The notes: generated from the sequence alone by a model not told the origin. A stretch of 64,000 nt of DNA from Octopus vulgaris (GCA_951406725.2 OX597818.1:42222001-42286000), one strand, 5' to 3'; positions 12,475 through 26,166 are shown, numbered from the stretch's first letter. Translations and numbers: made by a program.

Positions 12475-12760
12475 TGTACGTACGTATGTATGTATGTATG
12501 TATGTATGTATGTACGAGAGAGCATATGAAGTATTAGATCAAAACAAGGAAGTATTTATAGTCTTACTCTAGAATATTTTTGACGCTATAGCTGTAACTA
12601 CTGAAGTGACTAAACACTTGTTAAGAGATTTACCTAGCTTAGTCTCATTCATATTCAGAACCATACATGTCTGTCAGTGAGACAGTAATACACACGCCCG
12701 CGCGCTCGCGCATATTTGTCTGGAAATGTTCCCGTGTGTGTGTGTGTATATATACACATA

Positions 12761-12801
<41 letters not shown>

Positions 12802-12828
12802 GTATATGTATATGTCAATATATATGTA

Positions 12829-12923
<95 letters not shown>

Positions 12924-13574
12924 CATATTTATTATGTATCTCTTTTGCCTTTCATGAACATCTCTCTCTCTTTGTGTATATGTATGTATGTGCACACATG
13001 CATATGTGTTTATAGGCGTATGAGAGACAGTGTGTGTGTGTGTGCGTGCGTGCGTGTGTATGTTTGAGAGAGTGCGCGCTTATGTGCACATGTGTGTTTG
13101 TTTGTAATTAATTACCTTATTTCAGATTAGCAAGTGGGTACCTGTCCATTTTAAACATTCATGCAAGTAAAGGTGTATCTCACCTTTGAAGTGTTGCCCT
13201 ATGAAAACACAAAACTATGGTCTGCAGGTGAGGGTTTGAAAACCTATCAATTTGCTTATTACAACTCCTTAAATGCATCAAATATTTAAGAGTCATAAAA
13301 ATTAAAAGAAGGCTGAAAGAATGCCACTGAATGCTCTACTTAATTTTACAATGATACGTTTTTTTTCCTTTATTGTCGAAGGGAACTGTGCAAAGCTACA
13401 GGTGGTCTGATTATTACGCCAACGAGGTAACCTCTATGCGGTCAATTGATTTTATAGAAATAGACGCAAAATTTCGTCCAAATTAAACCTTGTTGCCTTG
13501 AGGAAGGAACAGATGCATAGAAGAGTGTAATTCTACGAACCCTCTTCAGAATCGGAATTCTGTTAATTACATGC

Positions 13575-13968
13575 TCTTACTCATTTAGTCTTTTACTTGT
13601 TTCAGTCATTTGAATGTGGCCATGCTAGAGCACTGCCTTTAGTCGAGCAAATCGACCCCAGGACTAATTCGTAAGCCTAGTACTAATTCGATAGGTCTCT
13701 TTTGCCGAACAGCTAAGTTACGGGGACGTAAACACACCAGCATCGGTTGTCAAGCGATGTTGGAGGGACAAGCACAGACACACAAACATATACGCACACA
13801 CATACATATATATATATACATATATACGACGAGCTTCTTTCAGTTTCCGTCTACCAAATCCACTCACAAGACTTTGGTCGGCCCGAGGCATCGTAGAAGA
13901 CACTTGCCCAAGGTGCCACGCAGTGGGACTGAACCCGGAACCATGTGGTTGGTAAGCAAGCTACTTAC
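13575..13968 (-). mobile_element. SINE family A
   Basis: Near full-length reverse complement of 1829-2277. Confidence 0.85.
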
Positions 13969-14263
13969 TCTCCACTTTCTGGACTTAGTATCTAATGTGA
14001 CTTCAATATACACAACTTCTAGTGCCCGTGTTCCTTTCAAACTGTAACTCGAATTATTTGCTACATTCAGATGTATGCAGCAATTAGAATCCACACTGCC
14101 TGCATCTCAATCAGATTCCGCGATGCGGCAGTCAAGTACTGGGGTAGACAGTATCAATAGTTTCTTTAAAATGCTGACCTTGTGTCTAAATTAGACATAA
14201 TCGTCGTCATCATCATCATCATTGTCATCGTTGTCGTCATTGTCGTAATAATGATGATGATGG

Positions 14264-14329
<66 letters not shown>

Positions 14330-14331
<2 letters not shown>

Positions 14332-14862
14332 GTACTCTCATTGCTTCTGATCTTAATTGATTGGAAGTGTTATCATGTACATTGTTTTGTCTTGGTATAA
14401 AATATTCTGCTCAAATATTCTGCTCAATACCACAGATTTGCTTGTCAGTTGTTTGTCCTTAACCAGTTGATCATATCCCTTAGTGGCTGACGATATGTGC
14501 ATCTCTGACCACGAGCAGAAGTAGTGGGGGAGCATCATAGTCGTGTGTTGAGAGGGATTCTTTGGGGTTTTAATAATTCACCTCTGGAAACATGGGTGGT
14601 TCGTTCAACATCCTTAAACAACCCTTATTCAGGGACCGTTTGAGCGAGATGGGCTACTCGACCAGAAGAAAATTCTAACTGGACCCCACCTGCAAGGTCA
14701 TGTGCTGTTTATCTTGATATGAGATTACCATATCGCGCACATATGGTTGTGATGCATGTGCCTGGTGTACCCTTATCAGCCAGGTAGTCATGGTGGGTAT
14801 ACTGGGCTTCGTATATTTTACCCCAGTGTCACTTTGATGGCATGCATTGCTCTCTCACTCAG
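14330..14862 (+). mobile_element. ~530-bp non-coding interspersed element embedded in (TAA)n
   Basis: Homologous copies at 49140-49605 and 59563-60290 in reverse orientation. All abut TAA/TTA tracts. Confidence 0.7.
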
Positions 14863-15219
14863 TAATAATAATAATTCTTTCTACTACAGGCATAATTTTG
14901 GAGGAGGGGACTAGTCGATTACATGCCCACCCCCGTACTAGAATGGTATTTACTTCATTGACCCACAGAGGATGAACGACCTAGTCGATCTCGGCGATAT
15001 TTGAACGCTCTGTGTTTAATTCTCGCCGAGGAATAAGTGCCTGTTGTGTACTACCTTGCTTTAAATTGGATAAGCTACACCAAAATCTTAACCAGACACG
15101 ACGTCAAAGGACATTTTTTCGCATTTAGGTGCAAGCAGTGAGATGTCATACAATTGAAAAAAATGATGTTTTTGTGTTACAAAACTTTATTTCTTTTTAT
15201 AAGATTCATAATAAAACCG

Positions 15220-15470
15220 AATGAATAAGATATTATTTACAAGAAGTATGATCTTCTGCAATTCACTTATTTGGGAACTGCCAGGAATTTGGTCCACATA
15301 TTAGTTTTTTTTTTCCTTTTGATACCATTCCAAGTGCTGCAATAACAGAAGGTAATATTGTTGCTTTGAGATACCACATTCTTCTGATTTCTATCTCCTT
15401 GTCCTTATAATTGTCCAGTTTCTCAAACGTTTTCAGAGACGCGTTTTTGTCAGCTGGGGGCTGCAACATC
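15220..15470 (-). mobile_element. Degenerate R4/Dong-like LINE 3' fragment
   Basis: Translation EKLDNYKDKEIEIRRMW...VIAALGMV is homologous to 48629-49015. Confidence 0.7.
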
Positions 15471-17441
15471 CATAAAATTACATTTTTCCAACATAATTTT
15501 TTGAGATTGTCGAAAATGTTTTGTCTAGTCTCCTATGTCATGGATTTTTGTTAGGTAAATTACGTGAAAAGACTTCTCTTTTTTTCAAATCGAGCGATAG
15601 TAATGCAATTGTTTGCAATTCTTTTTTATTTGGAGTAAAAAAAAAAACAACTTTAATTTGCGAAAAAATATAATTTATTTTCTACCACTCAAAAACAAGC
15701 AAAATAATTACAGTATGTAATATATGTTCCCACGAAAAATTCCGAATGGAAAGAAACATGTTTTTACCGATAGTATACAGAAAAATTAACAAATTCCTCT
15801 GCTGAAAATATCCATTTCACAAGAAACAATTAATAGTTTTGTAACAGAGAATAACATAATTTTGAACAATTTAAACTCTCCAATAAAAATAACAATATTG
15901 ACAGCAACAATAACATGTGCATACGCACGCATTTAACGAAAGAATGCATTGACAGTTCGAGTTGAGAAACAGTGAAAGCATTTCCAGCCTTCCTACATTC
16001 TCTGGAGACATCTCAAATAAACAGGCCATACACATAGATTATCAGGCAGATAAAATATTTGTTTGGTAAACTTGTGTGACAAAGGAAGGCACGTCCATAC
16101 TTCAGCCCCTTATCGAACAACAAGTAAAAGAGAAAATTTATCTCTGCGTCTTTTAACACAAGAGCATTTCCCATTCCTACGAAAAAGCAACTGTATGCAA
16201 CTCTGACCATTGTGTGGGATAACATTCTCCGTTGACTGATGACGATACTCTGAAATCGTATGCGTAATACTCAAAACAAAGGACGAGATGAAAATCAATT
16301 TGAACCGACGCATTAACATCTGTCAAGGAGCTCATATCACACTACGTGGAGCATTACAACTCAAGCTTATGCTTAAACATACTGCGTCGCTTTTATAGTA
16401 CGATACAGGTAGGTGTTATTTGCCGAAGTAACCAAAAACAATCTCATATCATTTTTCTTTCTAAATGAGTCCTGAATACCGCACAGCAATCCTCTATTTT
16501 GTGTTTAATGTACATCAAACCGAACAGCGTGTCGGACAAATTGTTTTGCTGTATTTTCTCTAGCTCGTTGTATCCCCGAGACTAACTTTATCCTTCATCC
16601 TTTCGTGGTCGATAAAATAAGTACCAGTTGTGCACTGGAATCAATGTTATCAACTTTTCTCTCCTCTCATAATTGCTAATGTCGAAACAAACAGGGAAAT
16701 TCTATGGTGTAATGTAGCATAGTAATAAGAATCATTTTAGAAATGGGAAATGTTGAGATGAAAGATGCAGCATGGCTAGGGGAAAAGGATGACTGCAATC
16801 ACATCAATGTAGCTGAAGTGGACTCTGTATTGAAGGGCGTGAACTTGGTGATAAAATGGCGAAAGGAGAGGGAGAGGACAGCCCCACAACCTTGCGGAGA
16901 TCACAAAGAGAGTGACGTCCACCTGGGTAGATGGACGACTTTGAAATAGAATGAAAGGATAGTGAAGTGATCTTTCGATCGGGGGTGTGTAGGGTAGTTA
17001 AATCGGCATCGAAATGAGACACCAGGGCACTGGACATGAGGGAGAAGAGACGTCATGTAAAATTCAAATCTTTTGACCGACGTCTTTTCTACGATGGGCA
17101 TCCAATACGATCGGATGTGTACGGCGAGTTCTGGAAGATTTGTAGATTCTGGTAAGAAGTAGTATAGTGAAGGCGTACAAGTTTGCATAAGTTCTTTTCC
17201 AGTCAGAGTACAGAGAAGTTTCCTCTTTACTGAAGTTTGTTTCGTCAACTCAGTGTAAGAGATTGTTTTTTTACCGCCCCCATTTTTTTTACCGTTACCA
17301 TAGAAACATTTTCATAGCCTTATGACTAATGACGTGTGTGTGTGTGTGAAGGTGCTGGCCAAGTGGTTAGGTTGTTGTCATGTAAAGGCTCTTCTGATCG
17401 TTTAACCATGGCATTCTGTAGTTCCAGTTGAGTCTTTTTAT

Positions 17442-17915
17442 ATCATCATCATCGTTTAACGCCCGTTTTCCATGCTAGCATGGGTTGGACAGTTCGACCG
17501 GGTCTGGGAAGCCAGGAGGCTGCACCAGGCTCCAGTCTGATCTGGTAGTGCTTCTACAGCTGGATGCCCTTCCTAACAACAACCACTTCTTGAGGGTAGT
17601 GGATGCTTTTTACGTGCCACCGGCATGGAAGTCAGTCAAGGCGGCGCTGGCATTGGCCACGTGCGGATGGTGCTTTTTACGTGCCACCGTCACAGGTATC
17701 CAACAACAATTTCCATTTGATTTTTATTTGATGTTGATGTACTTGACTCAATAGGTCACCTCAAGCATAGCAGGTCACCCTACAATCCAAGGTAAGCACA
17801 ACAGGCTGTTCTACAATCCAAGATACTTTGGATGGGCTGGTGCAGGAAGCAGCCATGAACTCACGTTATTTGTCGGGTCTTCGCAGCCACAGCATATCTC
17901 CAGAGATCTCGGTAT
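17442..17915 (-). mobile_element. RTE LINE 3' UTR-derived repeat
   Basis: Starts (CAT)n-CGTTTAACG...CCATGCTAGCATGGGTTGGAC, the reverse complement of 8460-8643. Many more copies occur (27410, 29035, 30260, 35630-36183, 47875, 51258, 55798, 61615). Confidence 0.8.
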
Positions 17916-18614
17916 ACTTTTTTGTTTCTCCTATTTTTTCTTCAAACTGTTCGTCTAGAACAATCTTGCACGTAGTAATTCCTTCAATGACTATAATCAC
18001 CTGTAAATGCTACACCTTTTGCAGTCGGTGTTGTATTTGTTTCTATTTTATTTTTACTTAACTGTTAGTGAAATCATTTTGGGTTGGACTCCGCTTGTCT
18101 GCCATCGGATTGTTGGATCTTTTTACCAGATCTCTTGTTTCAAGCGTTCTTTGATTTCGGATACTCTCTTTTTCTTCTTTTTTATATTTTTATACTTTTT
18201 TTCTTTTAATTGTCATCTCATTATTGATTTCATTAAGGACTGAGAGATCTTTAAAATTTTTTCTTCTGTCTTTTCTGTATATTTGTTTTTCATTTTGTTT
18301 TGCTTGAATTTCGATATTGCTACAGAAGTAGATCTGAAGGAGAACTCACTTTCTTTTGTTACAGGGACTACTGTATATACTATCTCGGTTAACACGGTGA
18401 TATTGATGCTCATATCGGATTTTATTAAATCTGCGATGGTCAAGTTCGTGTATTTTACTGTTGTCATTTCGTCATTGTTTCATCTTAGTGATGTACATTA
18501 GCTGGTCCACGGAAATCATCTTGTAGAAAAGTTCTATTGTTTTTAATTTCAAAATTATTTCCAGCTTTTCGCTGTCTTTTTCATGGTTTTCATCTATAAT
18601 ATTTCCTAAAAGAT

Positions 18615-18829
18615 CTCTTTTAGTCTTTTACTTGTTTCAGTCATTTGACTGTGGCTATGCTGGAGCATCGCCTTTAGTCGAGCAAATCGACCCCAGGACT
18701 TATTCTTTGTAAGCCTAATACTTATTCTATCGGTCTGTTTTGCCGAACCACTAAGTTACGGGGACGTAAACACACCAGCATCGGTTGCCAGGCGATGTTG
18801 TGGGGACAAACACACACACACACACACAC

Positions 18830-18872
<43 letters not shown>

Positions 18873-19030
18873 ACGGGCTTCTTTCAATTTCCGTCTACCA
18901 AATCCACTCACAAGGCTTTGGTCGGCCCGAGGCTATAGTAGAAGACACTTGCCCAACGTGCCACGCAGTGGGACTGAACCCGGAACCATGTGGCTGGTAT
19001 GCAAGCTACTTACCACACAGCCACTCCTAC
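18615..19030 (-). mobile_element. SINE family A, full length
   Basis: Complete head (TACCACACAGCCACTCC) to tail homology with 1722-2277. Confidence 0.85.
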
Positions 19031-19422
19031 TCCTATATACACTTAAAATTTATTTTTACTGAGTATAGCTGCGGAAAAGTGTTCTTGTTTGACCATTTTC
19101 GATAGAGGACAGTCTAGAATGGACTGGACGTCTACTCTCACACCTAATGTTTGATAAGGCCTGACCTTAACATTTGTTAGATGTATAAACATACTTAGTT
19201 TACATCTAACTTAAATTGGTTTCCTGCAAAGAATAAGAAAACTCCTCCCTGCTCCCAAAAGAAAAAAAACACAGTTTGAATGCAACAACAGGGAAAATAA
19301 AATGAAAAGATATTCAATTATACGACAGCATAATCCAACATGGAAAATGAAAACAGTCGTTAGTGACGTAAATACAAATAATTCTTTCTAATTTTGGTAC
19401 AAGGCCAGCAATATTGAGGAGA

Positions 19423-20040
19423 AGGCGGCGAGCTGGCAGAAACGTTAGCACGCCGGGCGAAATGCCTAGCGGTATTTCGTCTGCCGTTACGTTCTGAGTT
19501 CAAATTCCGTCGAGGTCGACTTTGCCTTTCATCCTTTCGGGGTCGATTAAATAAGTACCAGTTACGCACTGGGGTCGATGTAATCGACTTAATACCTATG
19601 TCTGTCCTTGTTTGTCCGCTCTGTGTTTAGCCCCTTGTGGGTAATAAAGAAATAGGTATTTCGTCTGCCGTTACGTTCTGAGTTCAAATTCCGCCGAGGT
19701 CGACTTTGCCTTTCATCCTTTCGGGGTCGATTAGATAAGTACCAGTTACGCACTGGGGTCAATGTAATCGACTTAATACCTATGTCTGTCCTTGTTTGTC
19801 CGCTCTGTGTTTAGCCCCTTGTGGATAATAAAGAAATAGGTATTTCGTCTGCCGTTACGTTCTGAGTTCAAATTCCGCCGAGGTCGACTTTGCCTTTCAT
19901 CCTTTCGGGGGTCGATTAAATAAGTACCAGTTACGCACTGGGGTCGATATAATCGACTTAATCCCCTTGTCTGTCCTTGTTTGTCTCCTCTAGGTTTTTG
20001 TCTCCTCTAGGTTTAGCCCCCTGTGGGCAATGAAGAAATA
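19423..20040 (+). mobile_element. SINE family B trimer (one head + three 184-bp units) with TSD
   Basis: GGTATTTCGTCTGCCGTTACG recurs at 19471, 19655 and 19839. AATATTGAGGAGA is duplicated at 19410 and 20041. Confidence 0.9.
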
Positions 20041-20673
20041 AATATTGAGGAGAAGGGAAAGTCAGTTACATTGACCCCAGTGTTCAACTAGTACTTTATT
20101 TTATCAATGAAAAGCAAAGTCAACCTTGACAACCTTTGAGCTCAGGATGTAAAAATCTGGAAAAAACACTGCTGAGTATTTTGTCCCATGTAGTAACAAT
20201 TCTACCAGCTCTCTACCTTATACACATAAACTCGTGCACATTTGTTGCTCAATGAAAAAATAAAAAGGAAATGAAGAATAGTGAAGAAGTATCAGTTTTT
20301 TTGTTGTTTTTTTTTTTTTATTGCAGGGTGGGGTTCACAAATGGTGCCACTACAAACAGGTGCTAAACAGGAACCATTTGGCTAGAACAAAATGGTCCAA
20401 TAGAATTATGTGACCAGTAAAAGTGGCTCTTAGTTCTTCATCTATGAGAGAGAGAGAGAAAAAGGGACATGTATCTCCGCATTACCAAGAGCAGAACCGG
20501 TTTCTTTATGCGCTCAAAGGAACGGCAAAGAGTATGGGGTGGGGAATGCAGTGACTGAAGAAACTTGGATATACAGAAGGGGCTGGGGACAACAGGGGAG
20601 CAATGATACAGTGAGCAGGGTAGTGAGGACAATATTGGGGAGTGAGAGATAAGCATAAACTGTAAAAGAAGAA

Positions 20674-20837
20674 ATGTGTGGAAGAGAAGAGATGTAGTTT
20701 GGTTTGTTCGGGTAGGGTGTACCAAAAGTCTTATTGCTACATATAATAATAATGAAATATTTTTATAATATGTAGCAATAAGACTTTGGTACACCCTACC
20801 CTAACAAACCAAACTACATCTCTATTCTTCCACACAT
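20674..20837. repeat. Long near-perfect palindrome
   Basis: TGTGTGGAAGAGAAGAGATGTAGTTTGGTTTGTT...TTGCTACATAT pairs with ATATGTAGCAAT...AACAAACCAAACTACATCTCTATTCTTCCACACA. Confidence 0.9.
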
Positions 20838-21304
20838 ATAGTTAGAACACAGCTTTTCTTGAATTCAGTTTCACAGGAGTGGGTGGGTCTTCTCAATAAC
20901 TTCAGAGAGAGAGAAAGAGAGAGATTTATACACACACCCGCATGCACGCGTGTGTATTAACACACTCAAGTTTATATATGCCCCATGTAGTAAATACATT
21001 TTTTGTTTTTGTTTTTGTGCATGACATAAAAACAAAGTTTGTATCAAGTTGCTGGTGTTTATTTCTTTCCAAATAAGAGTAACAATATTGTCCTCATTTG
21101 AGATTTTAAAACAGAGGGTGGGAAATGCAGAATAAACATTCAGAAGAAAATGAAGTCACAAGATAAGGAAAAAAAAATATTTAATGGTTTGTTGGTGATG
21201 ATGACAGTGGCAGTTTTAGAAGTAAGCCGGAGGAGAAAAGTGGCTTGCTTGACAACTGTTAGCAGAGAGACTTGAGTTTAAGTGAGATTTTTATAGGTAA
21301 CAGG

Positions 21305-21379
21305 ATGAAGTTATCAATTTTTGTTCATGTAATTCTTGTTCTTCCATTGTTCCTGAATAAAATAGAAGCCAACATGCAG
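21305..21379 (+). CDS. Signal-peptide exon of mosaic SRCR/CTL/kringle/LDLa protein
   Basis: MKLSIFVHVILVLPLFLNKIEA-NMQ has a basic N-terminus, a hydrophobic core and an IEA cleavage-like site. Perfect donor CAG|GTAAGT, phase 0. Confidence 0.75.
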
Positions 21380-21712
21380 GTAAGTGATTGGAAGAATGTA
21401 TACTGGAAGTAAAAATATTATTAGATGTGATGATGATGTTGATGAGGATGATGAGGATGATGAGGATGATGATGATGATGATGTGATTGGTAAATGTCTT
21501 TAGTCAAATGAGATGTCTTTGAATTCCTAATTTCTTCAAAATTGTTTCTTGCTCCATTGTTTATTCTGTTGTATTTCATCACCCTTTCCATTCCGTTTTG
21601 TTTTGCTTTCTCTTTATACAACATTTGAGGAAATAAAATGACAATAAAATATATGAAACATGTACATGCACACACATATTCACACATGACACAAACATAT
21701 ATATATATATGT

Positions 21713-22035
<323 letters not shown>

Positions 22036-22067
22036 TCACACACACACATATACATATATACACATAT

Positions 22068-22210
22068 GCTGAGGTGGCCAACGTTAATCGAAAAGTTAAC
22101 TTCGTTAATCATTAATCCGTTAACCAAAAAGTCAACTACGTTAATTGTTAATCTGTTAATTCTTTGAAGATGCAACGGAAGTTAACGTTAATCCGTTAAC
22201 GTTAACTTTT
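22068..22210 (+). mobile_element. DNA transposon terminus with clustered GTTAAC/GTTAAT subterminal repeats (hAT-like)
   Basis: About ten GTTAAY motifs in 140 bp after GAGGTGGCCAAC. No partner end was found. Confidence 0.45.
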
Positions 22211-23287
22211 ATTGAAAAAGGCATACCTACAGTTTAATACCCCACCGACTTTGTCGACTCATAACTTCCTGAAAAATGGATACTTTTTAACGTAACTTTC
22301 ACCAAACAATCGCTTGTATACTGTAGATTGAGTGTATGTAAAGATTTGTTGGAAAAGTTTTCTCGAGGGTTTCGGGAGAGGGGTTTCGAAAAATTCACAG
22401 GACCCGACATTTCCTCCTCATAACTTTCTGGAAAACAGTTATTTTTTAATGAAATTTCATACAAATACCTTTCAAACGGTATAGATTACAAAAGAAATTT
22501 GTAGGCAAAATCTTTGGCAGGGATGAGGGGAGTTTCTGGGAAACGGTGTTTCGGATCAGATGGCCCACGTAAGTTGGAATTTCCTCGTTTTGACGGACAT
22601 TTTTTCCAATGATTTTCACCAAAGTCTTCAGAATGATGGGAGGCATCATTTCACGATAAAAAAGAAAAAAGTTTGAAAAGGTTTTCACTCCCGCCATCCC
22701 ATCACCACCCCAGTACGAAACGATTTCGGTCTTTTTTCTTTTTTCACTACACACTTAAAACCTGTGGAAGAAGCATTTTCAGTTTTAAAAAAAATTCAGA
22801 GAAAAGATGTATGATTTAAGGGAGATCTGGCTGTTGTTTCTACCACATCCCTAAACCTCCCTCCTCGTTTCTTTCTCACTCACACATCTATTGATATTTT
22901 TCATTATTTTTTCCCCATAAACAAATTTTATGGAATGATGATGTTATATGTGTGTGCAAGAAAAAAAAAGCCTAAAAATAGTTTTAATGTTCATATTAAT
23001 CTGCCAAATGTAATGCATATTTGTTCAGGTCCAAGAGGGGTAACCACAATATTTGCTTGTAACTTTGTAAAATTTTTACGTACAGATTGGAAACTTTGTC
23101 AGTGGGTGCTTTATATACCACTGGTTTATTGTTATGTAACTTTAGCTGATCTTGCTGAGTAAATTTGACTTTTATGGCTAGGTAAATTTAATTAACAGAT
23201 GTAAAAGCTATAATATTACGGAAAAACACTAAAATTGAAATTCTTAATGCATCTTGCTTGTTTGATTTGTTACTAAAATTATCTTAG

Positions 23288-23326
23288 ATGGCAACCGACA
23301 AAATTTTTGCCACTTTTCAAGATGAG
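23288..23326 (+). CDS. Candidate 39-nt exon preceding SRCR domain
   Basis: ACTAA branch point and TCTTAG acceptor, donor AG|GTACAT. The phase 2-2 reading WQPTKFLPLFKM-R joins in frame to LVGNS, giving the typical SRCR start xRLVG. Confidence 0.5.
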
Positions 23327-24528
23327 GTACATTAATTTGAATTAATTGGTACAAAATTTTATTCTTTCGGTAAATATTTCATACCTCGGTGTGTAATGAT
23401 TTTTTTCCATGTTTTTTTTTCTTTCGGGTGTATTCAACGTATCTGACCTCCAAACCCTTTGTAAGCCACTTTTTTCTAGAAAAGGAAGGTGGGAAGGGTG
23501 AGGGGGACCTCGAAGTTTCCCCACAAAGCGAGTTTTATTTTACGGGTCTTTTTTCTTTTCCAGGTTATTTTGCATGCTTCCAACGAATGTGACATCAAAA
23601 TCACGCGTAAACGGTTCCTTTTTCCAGAAAAGGAAATATTTGACCGCTATTTCTGGCACGCCCTACTACCACGTAACATTTATTTGCATTCACACCGAAA
23701 TATTTACCAACTTTTTTCCCTCCATTTATTTCTTCCACTTTATGGAAATCAATATTTTCTCTGTTGACATTCACCCCAGTTAATCTTGCTTTTCTCCCAG
23801 TTCTGTGCTTTCTGGAAGAAAATCCCTCACATTATCTCAAAGCTACAAGAATTCACTAACGTAATTTTTTAAATTTTTTTAAAAGATTTCGTAGAGGAAT
23901 TAGATACAATGGGTTTAGGCCGGTTTAAACACTAAAGGATTTAAAAGTGCCAAAACTATAAAAGCACCTTTTTTGGCGAGGGGGGGGGGGGGGCTTTTTG
24001 AGGGCTTTAGATTATTGGTGGGAGTATGCAAGTCTTCTGGTATAGAAGCGAGGCAGAGCCCTGCAGGAATTTCCAGTATAAGAGAAGAGATTCCCGGTAT
24101 AGGTGAAGGGGCGTGAATGGGTGAGCGCATCACCGACAAGCAATGGCTAGCTTCACCTCAGGAAATAGAAATAGCAGTAAGAAGACACTAGTGAGAGAGA
24201 CAGACAGACAGACAGACAGACCTGAAAGACTTTATTGCTAGAAGAAATCATGACAAGAATGAGAAAGACAAGCTATAAAACAAGGTGAGAATGTTTCCGA
24301 ATTTTAGAGGGAGAGTGAGAGATCTCTGAGGAAATCATGTCAAAGTATGGGAACACATGGGTTATGAAGCAGGGAGAGAACAGTGCGAGGATTTAAGAAT
24401 TATGGGTTTTGAAAGTTATTTGAAGAATTAAAGAATTACAAATTGCGAAAGTTATTTTATATCAAAGTACAGCATGTTAGTATTATGAGTTAGATGAATG
24501 ATGAGCAGTTAAAAATAATATATATATA

Positions 24529-25090
24529 CAGGCTGCGGTGAATAAACTGTTGACTAAATTACGCAAAAATGAAAATAACACTGACATTTCATTTTAACAG
24601 ATATATTTACCAAAATTACATAAAAATATCTTGAAATACTAAAGAGTAAATGCATTCAATAAAATCGCCATTGGCTTTAATCACGGCCTCCAGACGATTT
24701 CTGAATCGCCTGCAGCTTATCAGGACGGTCTCCTTGTTAAGTTGATGAATGCTGTCATTATCCTTGCTTTCAATTCATCTTTGGTGTTACAAGGAGTCTT
24801 TTTGGTCTCTCGCTCAACTGCGCCCCACGCATAATAATGAAGTGGGTTGCAGTCTGGGGAGTTAGGTGGCCAGATGTCAGGGGTGATGTGGTCGCAGAAA
24901 TTGTCTGGGTTATCCTGCTTGTGTGGCATGGAGTAGAGTCTTGTTGCCAGAATAGGGTCTTCCAGTAGCTACCCTCTTGACCCAGGGTAGCACTACATCC
25001 TCCAGGCACTTGATATAGGCCTCCGTGCTGAGTCTGAGGCCATGTGGAAAGATGAATAGAGGCATAACGTAGTCATCACTAATAATCACT
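24529..25090 (-). mobile_element. Tc1/mariner (DD37D/maT-like) transposase relic with one end
   Basis: Frameshifted QQDSTPCHTS...WPPNSPDCNPL.YYAWG motifs and a TA|CAG terminus at 24529. Confidence 0.8.
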
Positions 25091-25453
25091 TATATGCCTT
25101 CAAAACAAGGAGTAGATGAAACAGGGACAACTGATGAAGAGGAATATTCTTTATGTTGCATGTCTCATTTCTCTATTTTTTTCGCTGTCCCCAAAAAAGG
25201 TCGTTTCTATGTTTTCGTTTTTATGTTTTTGTTTCTCATTGTGTTCAACGTTTTTTCGATGTCCTGTACTCATATATGCATGTATATATACATATATATG
25301 TAGGTATGTACATATATGTATGTATATATGCATATAATTATATATTATTTATATTATTATATGATCGAACGCCACGCATCTTTTTCCAAGTAAGTTTTAT
25401 ATATGTGTATATATATATATATACATATATAATATATATATACACATATATAT

Positions 25454-25514
<61 letters not shown>

Positions 25515-25668
25515 TGAGGGAATATTATTCCAAACTTACAGAGAAAAATTCAATTTAAAAATACTAAATCAAATTTCACAAAATATAAAATTAGAAAAAG
25601 ACCTTTTATCAATTCAATAATGAAAAAATTAAATTATACCATTTAGAAAAATTACATCTTATAGAAAG

Positions 25669-25730
<62 letters not shown>

Positions 25731-26166
25731 ATTTTTCCAAATGGTGTATATATATATATATATATATATACGCACACATACAGAGATTCACATACACATA
25801 CGCAACACACTTCTTTCAGTTCCTATCTACCTGATTAACTCACAAGGCTTTGGTCAACCCAGGGCTATAGTAGAAGACACTTGCCCAAGGTACCATGCAG
25901 TGTGACAGAACCTGAAACTATGCGGTTGAGAAGCTATTGTACCACACAAATGACAAGGAAATATGAAACCATCAAATAAACTTCATTAGCTTACGGCTGT
26001 TTCTGCTGTAAGCTAATGAATTTCATTATAAAATTTCTTGTCCCCTTGTCATTTATATCATCTCTTATTATGCTCTGTAGCTGACCAATGCTTTTTTCAT
26101 GAGCATGTGTGTATTGTGTTCTAAAAGCTGGTTATTACTACCACTATGCTTAAGTGAAATATTAAA

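Noticed and set aside
12645-13067. Long YI/CV/HT-repeat ORFs (also 21579-22175, 26068-26470, 39920-40302)
   Set aside because: Translations of dinucleotide microsatellites.
13126-13426. Exon-like segments (plus 13382-13426; minus 15-nt 13185-13199)
   Set aside because: Splice-like signals are present, but there is no recognisable protein or linkage, and the upstream plus segment has stops in all frames.
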